Below are positions 13,222 through 25,514 of a DNA stretch of 64,000 bases, in pieces; within the stretch, counting starts at the first letter, position 1, and each line of letters starts with the position of its first letter. The stretch is from Paraphysomonas bandaiensis (lineage: Eukaryota; Protista; Chrysophyceae), in contig CBFFRP010000028.1 of NCBI GenBank assembly GCA_965644295.1, forward strand, positions 198,998 through 262,997, in the 5' to 3' direction. A program made the position numbers and the translations under genes. The notes below the pieces were generated by a model. It had not been told where the DNA came from. It searched no databases and saw only the letters and a list, made by a program, of their open reading frames with translations.

Positions 13222-13894
13222 ATGATATTGTGGCCACGAATGAGATGTGTCCTCATTTGACAACATGTGGTTCTTAAGCACCTCTCCTTTAGAAGATGGT
13301 TATTGTGTCTTTTAATACTAATAATAATAACATATTTATACATTGTCATATGTGTTAAACACTATTGTGATAAGTTGATATAATCCAGAGAGAATTTGTA
13401 AGTTTTAACTATTATTTAAGTTAGAAGTCATGGCATTTCCAGTCAAGATGGCTTAAAGTACACATAATACATAGATAACTGATTCATTAAACTTATGAAC
13501 ACTTACCACTTACACGGTTCCCGCTCACAATTGCAATTTAATTGATACTAAAATACGTACTCATGTAGCATACATTAGCTGCCAACGTTGCTTGCTCATC
13601 TGTTATTTCATTCCAGAGGCAACGCTATATTTATTCGATCCTTCTCCGTCCGGGTAAGTGGGGCCTTTATACCACCTTGAAACTTCACGACTGCCTATTT
13701 GAAGCAGCGTTCTGAATAATAGCAGCATTGTCGCCCATATGTGTGCCTTCTGATAGACGAAAGTCGTGAAGGCCAAGCTGGTGTTCATCTTCCTTCTGTA
13801 ACTCTATAGCCACACATTGAAATAGTGAAAAGACGAGTAAGAGTCAGAACTAACATAGCATTACAATTTAACTAACTAATGATTAACTCTGATA

Positions 13895-14460
13895 TCCTCC
13901 TATTTAGCGTCACCGCAAGCACCAAGGTGCAACCACTTTCACTCTCTGTCCTTAAGAGGTGAGCTAGCCTGGATTCTTGTCTTCAGCAGGCAGCCCCATA
14001 CCCCGGATTCCCTTGAGGTGTACTAGAATATGGATCTTATTCTAGTATATTCAGTATGTCACTTGAAGACAATGTACGAGAATACAGTGAAATATAGTGA
14101 TGTACAAATGCTGTGATGATATTGAGAAACTAAAATAGTTTGATCTTTCAAGATATGTTCAGTAACGAGAGGTTCGCATATGTAGGATATTATGCAGGGA
14201 TTATAATGAGTTAGTGTTGGTTATCACAACTTCGTGTAAACGATATTAATAAATCTATCTAGTCTTACGACAAATTCTCTCTGTGATCTAGCTTAAAATG
14301 AGCATTTCTCAATAAGGTGAGCCCATTCCCGGGATGCCTGATTTTTCGTCAGGGGCCAGAGATGTCAACACAAGTGGCATTAATTTGTGTCCCTTGAACC
14401 ACACAAGCATCTGGCTATGAACATCACGAAAAGGTGCAAGTCCGACTTTGTTCAGGGGAC
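13895..14460. repeat. Dispersed repeat family A copy, interrupted by an insertion at 14021-14314
   Basis: Shares gcgtcrccgcaagcaccaaggtgc..cagcaggcagccc..cccattcc..aaaaggtgc with 14718-15230 and 35869-36372. Confidence 0.85.
14021..14314. mobile_element. 294-bp insertion with 5-bp TSD (AGGTG), probable solo LTR with TA..TA ends
   Basis: AGGTG at 14016-14020 and 14315-14319. The paralogous repeat A copies show the empty site cttgaggtgggccattccc. Confidence 0.75.
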
Positions 14461-14717
14461 ACACATTGAAATAATTTGAATTCGTTCCGCACTTGCGCCA
14501 GCTTGACATGCTCCATTTTACTTGTGACTAGACTAAGTACGGCAGAACCTAACCCTCATGATAGCAAGTGGTCAAAATTAAAGCAAGTAACGGTCAATTA
14601 TTGCAATTATGGAGTGAGTCCCACCTGCTGCTATATGTTGTTTGATGACTTGTACCGGGTAAGTTCTAGTAGACCTCATCAATTAATTTTTTCTCAGTCT
14701 TTAATAATAAACACATA

Positions 14718-15230
14718 TATATTGAAAGTCTTATTATTAGCAATAGGCGTTAAAAACCTGCATCAACTTAGTAGCTAGATGAATGCTAGACAAAGTAGTT
14801 AGACCTCCACCTGTAACTAATCAGTACACACTTTTTTTATCCTACTATTTAACGCTACGGAAGCTGCTTGTGCGTCGCCGCAAGCACCAAGGTGCGACCA
14901 CTTCCGCTCTGAGTTCTTAAGGTGAACATCCCGGATGCTTGACTTCAGCAGGCAGCCCAATACCTTGGTTACCCTTCAGGTGGGTCCTGTCCTGGATGCC
15001 CTTGAGGTGGGCCATTCCCGGATGCCTATTTATTTGTCAGGGCCCAAAGACGTCAACACAAGTGACACGTATTGGTGTCCCTTGTACCACACCAGCATTT
15101 GGCTATGAGTGGGCAGAAGAATATCTGCTGACTATGTTTGCGGCTCACGTTAGTTTCCCAGAGAGAATCTCTCCGGTACTTATCTCCCAGAACACCACAC
15201 GAAAAGGTGCGAGTCCAACTTTGTTGAGGT
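14718..15230. repeat. Dispersed repeat family A, full copy of about 510 bp
   Basis: Collinear and highly similar to 35869-36372. Its 3' part plus flank is locally duplicated at about 15386-15483. Confidence 0.9.
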
Positions 15231-15479
15231 AATAAATACATATGAACACATACATGTTAATGATTCTACTATATAGTAATTTTGAACTTTTAACTAGAGT
15301 TGCTTGTAGTTTTTGTACCACCGCTTATGATAATGTTTAATAACTAATATCTACACTCCAATTATTCCTCTTTTGTAAATAAGATCCCAGAACACCACAC
15401 GAAAAGGTGAGTCAACTTTGTTGAGGTAATAAATACATATGAACACATACATGTTAATGATTCTACTATATAGTAATTT

Positions 15480-15637
15480 TGAAGGATGCACCTATGGAAA
15501 TTCTTGTAGCAGCACATCAAATAACTGGCGCGCTTGGTACAAATTGGTTCCATCTCTTTGTTTGGCGAGCGTAACATTCTGTAATTTTTTAAGTTGCGTC
15601 AACTATCCATTCGAGCCACCGAAATAAGTTCCATGCA
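15480..15637 (-). pseudogene. hAT-like transposase fragment
   Basis: Near copy of 36528-36680, which encodes LQSVTLALQ..NLYQARQLFDMVLQEFP. Confidence 0.5.
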
Positions 15638-16896
15638 GGGGAGATACTTTCTTTCTTATAAAAGGCAATATATCATATATCGCCCCCGTGAAGTCTTTCA
15701 TTTCATTTACTCTCACCACGAAAAATCCGCATGTTTGGCGCCCTAGGTTTTATGATTCACACAAGTTGTTTAAGGCGATCATTGCACAACGAACAAATAT
15801 GATACAGAGGATTCTCGGAATCCACTCGGAAGAAGACTCTCTGTAAACTAAACTGCCGTCAATATTTTGGCCATCATCGTTGTTAGTATATATGGTATAT
15901 ATACAGAGTGTAATTACTATTTGTTTAGTTGTGTACCGTGGAAAAATAGTACTTTTATGAATTTTTTCTAAGTGAAATATGCAATTTTCAATGATTTTGG
16001 GTATATATGAGTACATCGGTATGCATATTGCTCAGGAAACTACTTTCTAACTCTTACAGCATTGATAAGATAGTGAACATATTTGCCACAAAGTACCTGT
16101 AGAGTTTAGAGTTGTCTAATAAACATTGTTGTCTAATTTTGTTTAGAGTTTCTTCGGAGTATAGTGGAGATACTATATTATCTCAAAAGCACTCAGTTCT
16201 ATATATAGCATACATCAAGTACCAGTACATTCTATTAAGGAGATGCCATTAATGATAGTCCAGTTCCCGGCAATTATAATGGCATTACCATTAACGGTTA
16301 ACAAGCCCTGTTTCACATGACAACACACAATTGTTTCTGCAATATAATAATAGAGTCTATCTATAGTTTGATTACAATAAACTTCTCTTAACGATCTTAA
16401 TTGTGAAAATGACCAATAGTCAATAAAACAACTGTATCTCATGAATAAGTTTAGTGTGTTTATGTAAAAGTTAAATAAATGATAAAAGGGATATATTATT
16501 CATCCTAGTCAAAGTGGTTGAATTACCTACTAGTCACACTATTGTTGGTGGAATAACCTAGTCAAAGTAATAAATGACTCAACCTAGTCAATTTTGGTAT
16601 TCAACTTAGTCGTCCTTATATCCATTGATTAATGACTGTCTAAGATACCATCTCACACCACAAAATATTTTAGAGGCTTACAGAGCATCAAAACAATCAT
16701 TCAAACATAACAATAAGCTCATATATACATATAATACATATCACATATCTACTTAACACAGGTGTACGGTGTACGTCTATGTCTATCGAGCCTATCTATA
16801 TATAGCTTACTTATAAGTATATAGCGATGGGTCCCTGTGAGTTATGGGGAGGAGGGATCCATGAGGCTGCGAATATAACAAGCAACTTCTACGTAC

Positions 16897-17031
16897 CAGG
16901 GCCTGATAACCGTTAATGGTAATGTAGGTTATTAATGCCATTATAATTGCCGGGACATTTTTATTCAATGCCATTACAATTCCCGGGAAGTGGACTATCA
17001 TTAACGGTGCATTAATGGTTACCAGGCCATG
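16897..17031. mobile_element. Small MITE-like element with ~22-bp imperfect terminal inverted repeats
   Basis: cagggcctgataaccgttaatg ... cattaatggttaccaggccatg. A related inverted partial copy lies at about 16244-16310. No TSD was recognised. Confidence 0.55.
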
Positions 17032-17305
17032 TATTAACCTAGTATAGTACGTAATAGAGGAGAGTTCTTTCTATATAATATGTCCTTATACAAAATACAA
17101 TAGTGTTGCTTACTTACTGCGATGTACCCAAAACACCGGTTGTCAAGTCAGGAGTCAGTGATATGTAATACTCATACTGCTTGCGGAGTACGTTTCACAG
17201 GTTAGTTCGTATAGTTGATATACATTGACAAGTTTAAATTACAGAAAATTACAACACGACGAACATAATTTTTACGCACGACTAGAAGACTTTTTACTTT
17301 TATAC

Positions 17306-19019
17306 TTATTTTTCGCAACTGACGACTTGGTTTTTACTATTCCAAGGTCGGCTTGAAGCTTATTATGAAACTGAACTTTTCGATACCACCTGCCACTCTA
17401 TATTACACGATATCGATTCTCAGTTATGATCTACTTACTTTAAGACTGCATTGAAAATGATTCTATGAGCCCGAACTTTCACTCCTACCATCCCTGATAA
17501 CGCGAGTCTGGCATTAATGGTACTGCTGTGCGCTCCAACCTAACGACAATACCATCATTCCAGCAGCCAACAACGACGCAATTGCAACCTTCTGCATCAT
17601 TGTGTGTCTGTCAGGTGGTGCCAGTAGATACAATTCATCTTGTATATCTGTCATCGGCTAAACCGAATAAATATCAGTTACATTGAAACAACTCATTGAA
17701 CATTATATACATCGTTTATAGAAGGATTGTGATGAAGAAGCTGAAGAACACCCTGTGGGATAAATCGCAATTTCTTTTCTAGTGCCTTTCGTGCCTGTGC
17801 CAACACACCAATTACAAAAGATAATGGTGGGATGCACTTACATTCAAAGATATCGTACTCGCGTCAACAGAATGGATATCGTTGGTAAGAGAAACGACGC
17901 AATTATTAGCTTCTACCTCCGCGTGAACTAGTTCTTCTTTGTCCTTTGTCACTTTGTTTCTGCTGATATCAATAAAGAGTAGAGTGCTATTTTCTTTCAA
18001 TGCAGCAACCAAATGTGAAATAGCGTCTGAGCGAAAACCACAGTCGGATATATCAAGAAGAGATATCGTGTCGTTCTGCTTTAATGCAGCGCTTAGAATC
18101 TCCAGTCCCCCGCTACGAATGGGGTTTGAGCCCAGGAGAAGGGTTTTCAAACCTTGACTGTAAAATCAACTAGATTAATGAGACAGTGTATAGAAATTAG
18201 ACTTACTTACCGTCCCCTCAGGTTGGCATGGCCCTGAATTGCCTCTGCGAGAGAGTATACTCCACTCTCGTGTAGTAGATTTCCACTAATGTCCAGGAAA
18301 TTGAGCTCTGGAAGTTTGTTGATGGCCTCAGATATGTGCATAATGTCTTCATTGGAAAGGTAGTTCCGAGCTAAGTACAACTTTTTGAGGGAGTGGGTCT
18401 GTCCGAGCAATCTGGCCATGGTGCCCATCACTGTGGCATTAGGGTTTCCAAATGGATCCAATCCAAGCTTATTATCACTTAAATCTAATTCAATTAAAAT
18501 GGATGAGTGCCCCAATAGACAACTCATAAGCCCCCATGCTTGATTGTGAAGCTCGTTGTGCAGACAACGAAATACAGTGCATTTTTTCACAACATAAGTA
18601 TGAAGCAACTCTGTCAATGAAGAAAGTATTCGCCTACCAGGACCAAGGATCATATTATCCGATATATCAAGTTTTTGAATGGGAGATTTTGCAAGAGAAT
18701 TTGATAATACTTTGATGTAGTCCTTCCTATGAGGGGTCGGTGCGCAGGGTGTGAAGTCGCCTAAATGATTTCCCGCAAAATCAAGAGCAGTTAAGTGATT
18801 ATTCGCTTCAAGTGACTCGCAGAGAGTTTGAATGATTTCTTCCATTATGTTCGGATCAGATGCATCTTCTTGTTTCAGCATATAGCCCAAGTCTACCTGT
18901 CGAAGCATGTTATCTCCCGACAGATCCTCCATCACCTCTATGAGATCAGAGTAGGGCATATCATGATGAGATAGATCAAGATACTCATAGTCTGCATCAA
19001 CCTCCTCGTGACGTGGCAT
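17306..19019 (-). CDS. RNI-like leucine-rich repeat protein; 3' exons tentative
   Basis: LxxLDLSxNxL repeats (LTALDFAGNHL, IQKLDISDN, LIELDLSDNKL, LKKLYLARN). Introns 18158-18210 and 17795-17841; further small exons are predicted down to a TAA at about 17306. Confidence 0.8.
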
Positions 19020-19466
19020 GATTATTACTCTATTCCACCAACAACTGCAACCGAATCATCACTATGAGATCATATCAGCAGACTTGAAATGCTGTCCGTT
19101 AAACATACACAGAGACCAGTGAGATATACAGCCGTATATACTACAGTACAGTCTGTAGGGTATATTGCTTATAAATAGAGTCTATACAGCTATACAGAGA
19201 GGAGTTTTCGGGCATTTTCAGCTCTGTGATGTATGTAGAAACCCTCCTTTTTCACAAATAACGGAGAAATACCAGTGCAGCAGTACAGCATGCCACATAT
19301 ACACTGCTGTTTTCAGTACTGTATATCGCTATAGGAGTTCCTCCTATGCATACACTGCCTGGGTGTACAGTGTACAGCAGTACAGAGTGATGTGCTGGCT
19401 GCTTAAGATGCACTGAGATGGTATGACGTATGCAGGAATACTCCATAGTCTAAATTAATCGCTACT

Positions 19467-20214
19467 ATGCGTCGTCGTAGCTCCCAGGGGAATGCATTGG
19501 AATTACCGGAGTGGATGTTTGTAGTGGATGAGGTGGACGACACACCGGGAGACATATCCATCCTACAGGAGCTCGATATAGATATATCTCTCATATACAG
19601 GACTGTCATGTGGATGATTACTCATCCGTGGATATGGATATTTAGTTCGACGGTATCATCTGCTAATTCTCATCCGCTTTGTTTGCCGTCATCTCAGCGT
19701 GAGTTTTGGGGGCCTTGTTTTGTGGTAATGCCTCTCACTGTATATGCTAACGATGTAATAGATAGTAACACAGGTATGTCTATACGGAGTTGTTTTATGG
19801 GCCTCCAAACTTACGGTACGCTATTAAATATGGTTAGATTACATGTAATCTGTACGCTTTATGCAGAATGTGCCATGGATATTCGGCATATGGGGTATTG
19901 CTACCGTATTTCAACATATAGTTGGGAGGGCATTTTTACAGAATAGCACGTTTGCCATTCATTCGGTTGTATTGGGTTATTCTGTTGCAGCTCTCATCCC
20001 AGTGTGTGTTCTTGCGCTATTGCTGAAGTATGTTCAGATAGTTTCAGATATCTTAAAGATTGTAGGAATATTATGGGCCACATTGTCTGCATTTATCACC
20101 TATCTTCATGTGTGCTTTGTTGTGCCCCAAGAGCGTGAGTCGAAGCGCTATCTTTTAGTTATGCCAGTTCTACTAATGCATGTTTATCTTGTTTCTCTGA
20201 TACCGCGATTATAA
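19467..20214 (+). CDS. Yip1-domain Golgi membrane protein (YIPF4-like)
   Basis: ILQELDIDISLIY, EFWGPCFVV, SVVLGYS and multiple TM helices; two short introns near 19725-19773 and 19815-19868. Confidence 0.8.
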
Positions 20215-20444
20215 TTATTGATATTTAGTTTTAAGCAGTGTTCGTCAACAATATAACATTGTGTTGTAGCATTAGTGGGTGGTTTATTAAGCCACTCAAG
20301 TACGAGGATAAAGAGATGATGACGTAGCTGGTAAACTGTTTCTAGAGTCATATAAGGGGAAATAGGTGGAGGAGTTGTGGTCTTTTACATCAAGTAGAAA
20401 TTAAGAGTAATAAAGCTACAGTTCCGAGTTAGGATTTAATGGGA

Positions 20445-20724
20445 TATTAGGATTCAGCTTAATACATGATTGTATTTGTGAGTTATAATGTTCAATGAAA
20501 TATATCATGAACTGGATTAGAGAGAGTATCTGTCGAAGATACATGATCGTCATCATAACGTCGTCAATATATCAGTTACACTTCTAACTATTCCGTTGTG
20601 CATGATAGTTATGTTCTATATTGTTATTCATAATTTTCACTCTATCGTGTTCATTACTTACACTCTAACAATCACAACATTGTTTTACTATTATAAAGAT
20701 CAATTCTTTATTTGGGATTCTACA
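20445..20724 (+). mobile_element. Solo-LTR-like repeat (family C)
   Basis: Reverse complement of 27068-27337 and 35391-35543; begins TATTAGG. Confidence 0.65.
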
Positions 20725-21003
20725 GTAGGGGTCCACAGTTCACAGGATTTTCAGCTACCTCTTCATAAATTTAAACGGACTGTTGATTATAATTGTACTA
20801 GTTTATAATAGAGTGAGTGAGTTCAAGTTCAGTTAAGTTACTTCAGTATATTATTAAGATTAATTGATTTACATATATCCCTTAAGGCGTGAATACAACA
20901 AAATAATAAAGTGAAATATCAATTGACAGAATAATTCCCAGACTATTCAAGATTCGCGCCCGTGCAACCGCAAGATACGTTAATGTAGGTCGTCAATGTC
21001 TGA

Positions 21004-21305
21004 TTATTAGCAATAGGCGGGTAAGAGTCAGTACCAATCTAGTACTGCTTAACTCTGATATCCAATATCCTACTATTTAGCGCTACGAAAGCTGTTTGTG
21101 CGTCATCGCAAGCATATATTGAAAGTCTTATTATTTAGCGATGGGCGGTAAGAACCTGTACCAATGTAGTGGCTAGTTGAATGCTAGACATCTAGACATA
21201 CTATTGAGACCGCTACCCATAACTAATTCTATTATCCTACTATTTAGCTCTACAGAAGCTGCTTGTGCGTCGCCGCAAGCACCAAGGTGCGACCACTTTC
21301 GCTCT
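21004..21305. repeat. Repeat family A, two tandem partial copies
   Basis: tattgaaagtcttatt..gctgcttgtgcgtcgccgcaagcaccaaggtgcgaccact. Confidence 0.8.
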
Positions 21306-21938
21306 ATCGCTCAAAGCAAACGTAGAGAGCAAGTAGAATGTTGATAAATCTGATTTCTGTTGACTTCAGGATATTGAGTGTTTAAGTAAGTGTAGGAGCT
21401 GCCCGCGGACGTGTAGTCCTTCAGTGCCCAAGTGGTGCGGTTAATCAGGGCGACATTCTTTGGGTAGGGTCCGCGACTTTTAAGGGATAAGGGAGGGTCG
21501 CAGTTATGAGTTATGTAGATAGGAGGAGAATAGTGTTCCGAGGGAAAATCAGATGATACGAGGTAGAGGCGCAGAATCTCTAGAGCATATGGAATCTCAT
21601 CCTTCACGCCCTCTGAAGGTCGTACTGAGGAATCGAGTATAAGTTATAAGTTGGACGTAAATAGAGTGGCGGAGTCGTAATAATATTTCCAGCAATCGTA
21701 ATGTTGCCCCAATTTATCACACACAGTGAAAAGGTATCAGCTTTGACTGCAATAGTGGCTTTCACACAGTACGAGCTATGTTAACTCTCACTGGGTGCAG
21801 TGTACAGTGTACAAGAGCCTTACTCCAAGCAATACGCACTTATCCTTAATATATAGTGTATTCATTATTAAAGCACATGCATGCCACATGGTATACAAAC
21901 ACAGCACATTTGTGCTCAATGACAACGATATACCGATA

Positions 21939-23224
21939 CTATCTTAATCTATTGTCCGCGGCTAAGTACGAATTGGGATCAAATTTTATCTTTGCGTCTC
22001 CACCGAAGTCTGTAGATAACACTGACACATCTATGTACGCCCCTGGTATAAAAGATATTTAGGTATTAGACAAGACATCACGGTGACATATGTGCAGGAA
22101 TATTAATTGAGATACACCCGCTTATATCCAATACAATTGTGTAGCACGCACCTATTGCCTTGCGCATTTCTACCATATCATTAGTGAGGATCTGGATCTT
22201 CTTCTTGGCAACATCAGACAGTGTGACCGAAATAGCATTCCATACGAAGTAGAAGACAGAACTAACATTGCATATGAATATCTGACCATTCCTTCTGGGG
22301 TAATGTCTCCCTAGAATATCAATGATCTTCGAAAGGAATGCAGTGGAAGGCGAATTCATCATGCCTAGTCCGTCGCAGTCAACTATACATATCGTTTCTT
22401 GTACAGCAGGACTCATGCTACGGATCGCTCTCTCGAGAGTATACACAAGAGCCATCGTGTTACCATCAGGATCCCACGTATTCTCCTTGCCCAGCAGAAG
22501 GTATACAACTGGTCGTCCGTCCTTGCTCTTGCCGTGCACAAAGTTCTTGCCAGTCGCTAGCTCCGTCGAGAGAAGAGCCAAATTAACAGCCGGTAGAGGG
22601 AAGTTACAGCGCCAGTCAATTGTTGCCATGATCCGCTCGGCAGCGGTCTGACCATTAGGGAACCGAGGCTGCCAAAGATTAGCTATATACAAGTACACAT
22701 TTAGAAGTACGGTTTGTATATTGCTTTATATATTCACCTTCCAGATAGCGTACTATCGTACTTTTATCTAGCCGAAAATCTGTTAACCGTGCGAGCTCGT
22801 GATAATCCTTGTCAGACATATCTATCAGTCTTTCAGTGTCCGCAATGAGCTCCACTTTCACTGGATCGTTCACCCATGAATCCAAAGGGATGAAACCTTG
22901 TGGCCATTCCCAAATAGGGCAACCTGACAGTCAAAAATAAGATCATTGCGGGACAGTCGAGGAAATTTTAGTACCACTGTCATTGACACCGTACTCAAAA
23001 CTAGAATACGTATCACTGAAGTTGTCGTCATTGATATCATCATCCACGTAGTCCCTTGACCCCAGAGCACCAGTGTAGATCACCACTCTGTCGACTGACT
23101 TCCTCGCCACAGCTTCAACCACTGGACGAGGATAATGAACAGCTTTATTTACAGGTGTTACAGTTTCAGTTATTTCTAATTGATCATCAGAGATACAGAT
23201 ACATTCAAAGAACCACTGAGACAT
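21939..23224 (-). CDS. CRAL-TRIO / Sec14-like lipid-binding protein
   Basis: GKSKDGRPVVY, LERAI, IVDCDG, HYPRR, KKKIQIL and DFGG. Introns 22924-22974, 22683-22737 and 22043-22151. Confidence 0.85.
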
Positions 23225-24180
23225 GAGGGACCCTCTCGCTATATATATATGTATAGTCTAGTCTATATGATGCACTACTACGACAATACTCAGAGCATTT
23301 ATACCAATCCCTGTCTCACACCCGCTACTAAGCACACCTACTAATGGACTGGTAATTGTAATGTTCGCTATCAGTGAGGTGACAGTGAGGACGATGGCAT
23401 CTAGTCTACACTGATCTCTATACATTACCATATACGTCATGCGCGTATGATAACTTACTTGACCCTTCCGGTCTATCCATCCCAGCTCCATCATACTCTG
23501 TAGTTGACGTATTCCTGTATACAGCTGTACCTTGTTTTATCCCCGCAATAATTCACCATAATACTGAATATACCGCAGAATACTGATGTATAACTCACAC
23601 ATTGGGAATTCCTACAGGAATGATTGACTTCAAAATTTAAATCCTACATATACTGTATACTGCTGTACTGTTGTATAGTACACAGTGGGAGCTCCAAAAT
23701 TTTCAGTCAGAGGAATCCCTGCAATCCCGATAGGATCTGCATGTGAAAGCTCTAGAGCTGTCTGTTCCCATCTGTTCCCATCTTATTACAGCTTGCACAC
23801 GTATTCTTCCATCGAAGTCTGAGGAGTATATGGACTGACCCATACATAACAAGCATACAAATACACTCATACGACAGGCACATACCATACTAGCATACAC
23901 ACACACCACATACATACGAGGATAGATAGATATACTCACCTCATTTATACATGCTTCCAAAAGATATCTTCATAAACGCCTATCGACACACCTGAATTAT
24001 CAGGGGGATATACTAGTCAACCACTTCATTACTACTGTACACTGTGCTGTAGTATCACCCTCTGAGTTAGCGGCCCCTCTACTCATCTCCGTATATATAT
24101 ACATATATATATATATAGAATCCACCTGCTCATTAGCGATAAGACTCTCAGCGAATAACATCTTAAGAAAAAGCATCAAG

Positions 24181-25083
24181 ATGAGAGGGAACTCTACTCT
24201 GCCTGCACGACTGTTCTCTGATATGACACACAGCAATAAGAAGCGCAGGGGAGATGGGTGTCGACCGAAGACCACTGGAAGAAAATCACGACACCTCTTA
24301 ACTGGACGAGATCATCATGAGCCCAGTAAGAGTAGTGTAGATGAGACGACTACACCGCGTCGTGAATGTAGTGTTCAGAGAGGAATGAAGACTGGAAGGG
24401 ATGGCTATTTCTCTTGCGACTCGCTTAACACTGACAGGGAACGTCTTTTCGTGAGCACAAGTTCAAGCATGTTCTTCGAAGGAACCCACCGTTGTTCCGA
24501 AACACTGGTATCTATCCCAATATCTCCCATGTTTACTGAGGCCACTCCTGGACCTAGTTGGGACACAGAGTTTTTCGGACGAGGCGCAACTTCTATCCCG
24601 TCTTCCCGTACCACGACAAGTGTAAATACACTCCCAGGATTGAAAAAGGACAATATCTCCCAGCCACGTCAGATATTTTCTCGTGGCAACAAGACTCAAG
24701 CGCAATGTCAGCCGCATACCGCTAGGAACTCGGGAAATTTATATCGGGATGTCTCTCCATCTCCTAATTCAGTGGTGAACTCTGTGGCGAGCGCGGAACA
24801 TGATTCTTCCCAGTACGGTTCTTCTTCCCGCCCCACCGGTTTGACGACAAAACGACCAGACACCGGGTCATCTGAAGTGGAAATTGAACCTTGGGCGTAC
24901 AAAATCATATCGAAATATCAAGGTGCTTCCTGTCAGCGTCCTTTATCTCGCTGCACTACACGACTCGTGCAAGACCCCTCCAACCAAACGGAGACCGCTC
25001 CGCCTCTCTTGTTAAACGGGATGACGAAATCCAAGTCGTGTTCTAGTATGAAGGCTACGAAAAAACTTACCGCACTTCACTAA
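24181..25083 (+). CDS. Hypothetical S/T/R-rich, probably disordered protein (300 aa)
   Basis: Long ORF with coding-like GC content, divergent from the CRAL-TRIO gene; no recognisable domain. Confidence 0.55.
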   Translation: MRGNSTLPARLFSDMTHSNKKRRGDGCRPKTTGRKSRHLLTGRDHHEPSKSSVDETTTPRRECSVQRGMKTGRDGYFSCDSLNTDRERLFVSTSSSMFFEGTHRCSETLVSIPISPMFTEATPGPSWDTEFFGRGATSIPSSRTTTSVNTLPGLKKDNISQPRQIFSRGNKTQAQCQPHTARNSGNLYRDVSPSPNSVVNSVASAEHDSSQYGSSSRPTGLTTKRPDTGSSEVEIEPWAYKIISKYQGASCQRPLSRCTTRLVQDPSNQTETAPPLLLNGMTKSKSCSSMKATKKLTALH

Positions 25084-25514
25084 TATACGGCAGCGATATG
25101 CTTTTCTTTAAATGTAACACACCTTTGTGTGACTGCGAAAAGTTGCAGAATTTCACTAAGCCGGATGCAACTACCATAATACTATTGCGTTATATATGTG
25201 TGCCTATATCACCTTTTATGTTGTCTGTGTGTATCACACTATTCATGTTGTCGAGATTCAACTATGTGTGTGTTGAGTTAGGGATGTTCTGAGCTATTCC
25301 TCGTTTAAGGTCAGAATTCTGGACAAGTTTTAATACCCAATTGAGGTAAATTAAGTTGTGAGTTTTTTCTTCAATCTGTTTTTGTATTACTGTTCAAATG
25401 CGTTCTACAAAGTTTTGGCGCATGAATGTGCTCCACTTATTTCTACATTTTACTGACTCTAAAATCTATAACCCTCCTAGCTTTTGCTGTAGAATAGCGT
25501 AGTATATGTCCTTA

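Noticed and set aside
16500-16615. Spaced cctagtca repeats that look CRISPR-like
   Set aside because: The repeats are only 8-11 nt, irregularly spaced, in a eukaryotic context with no cas genes; more likely transposon subterminal motifs.
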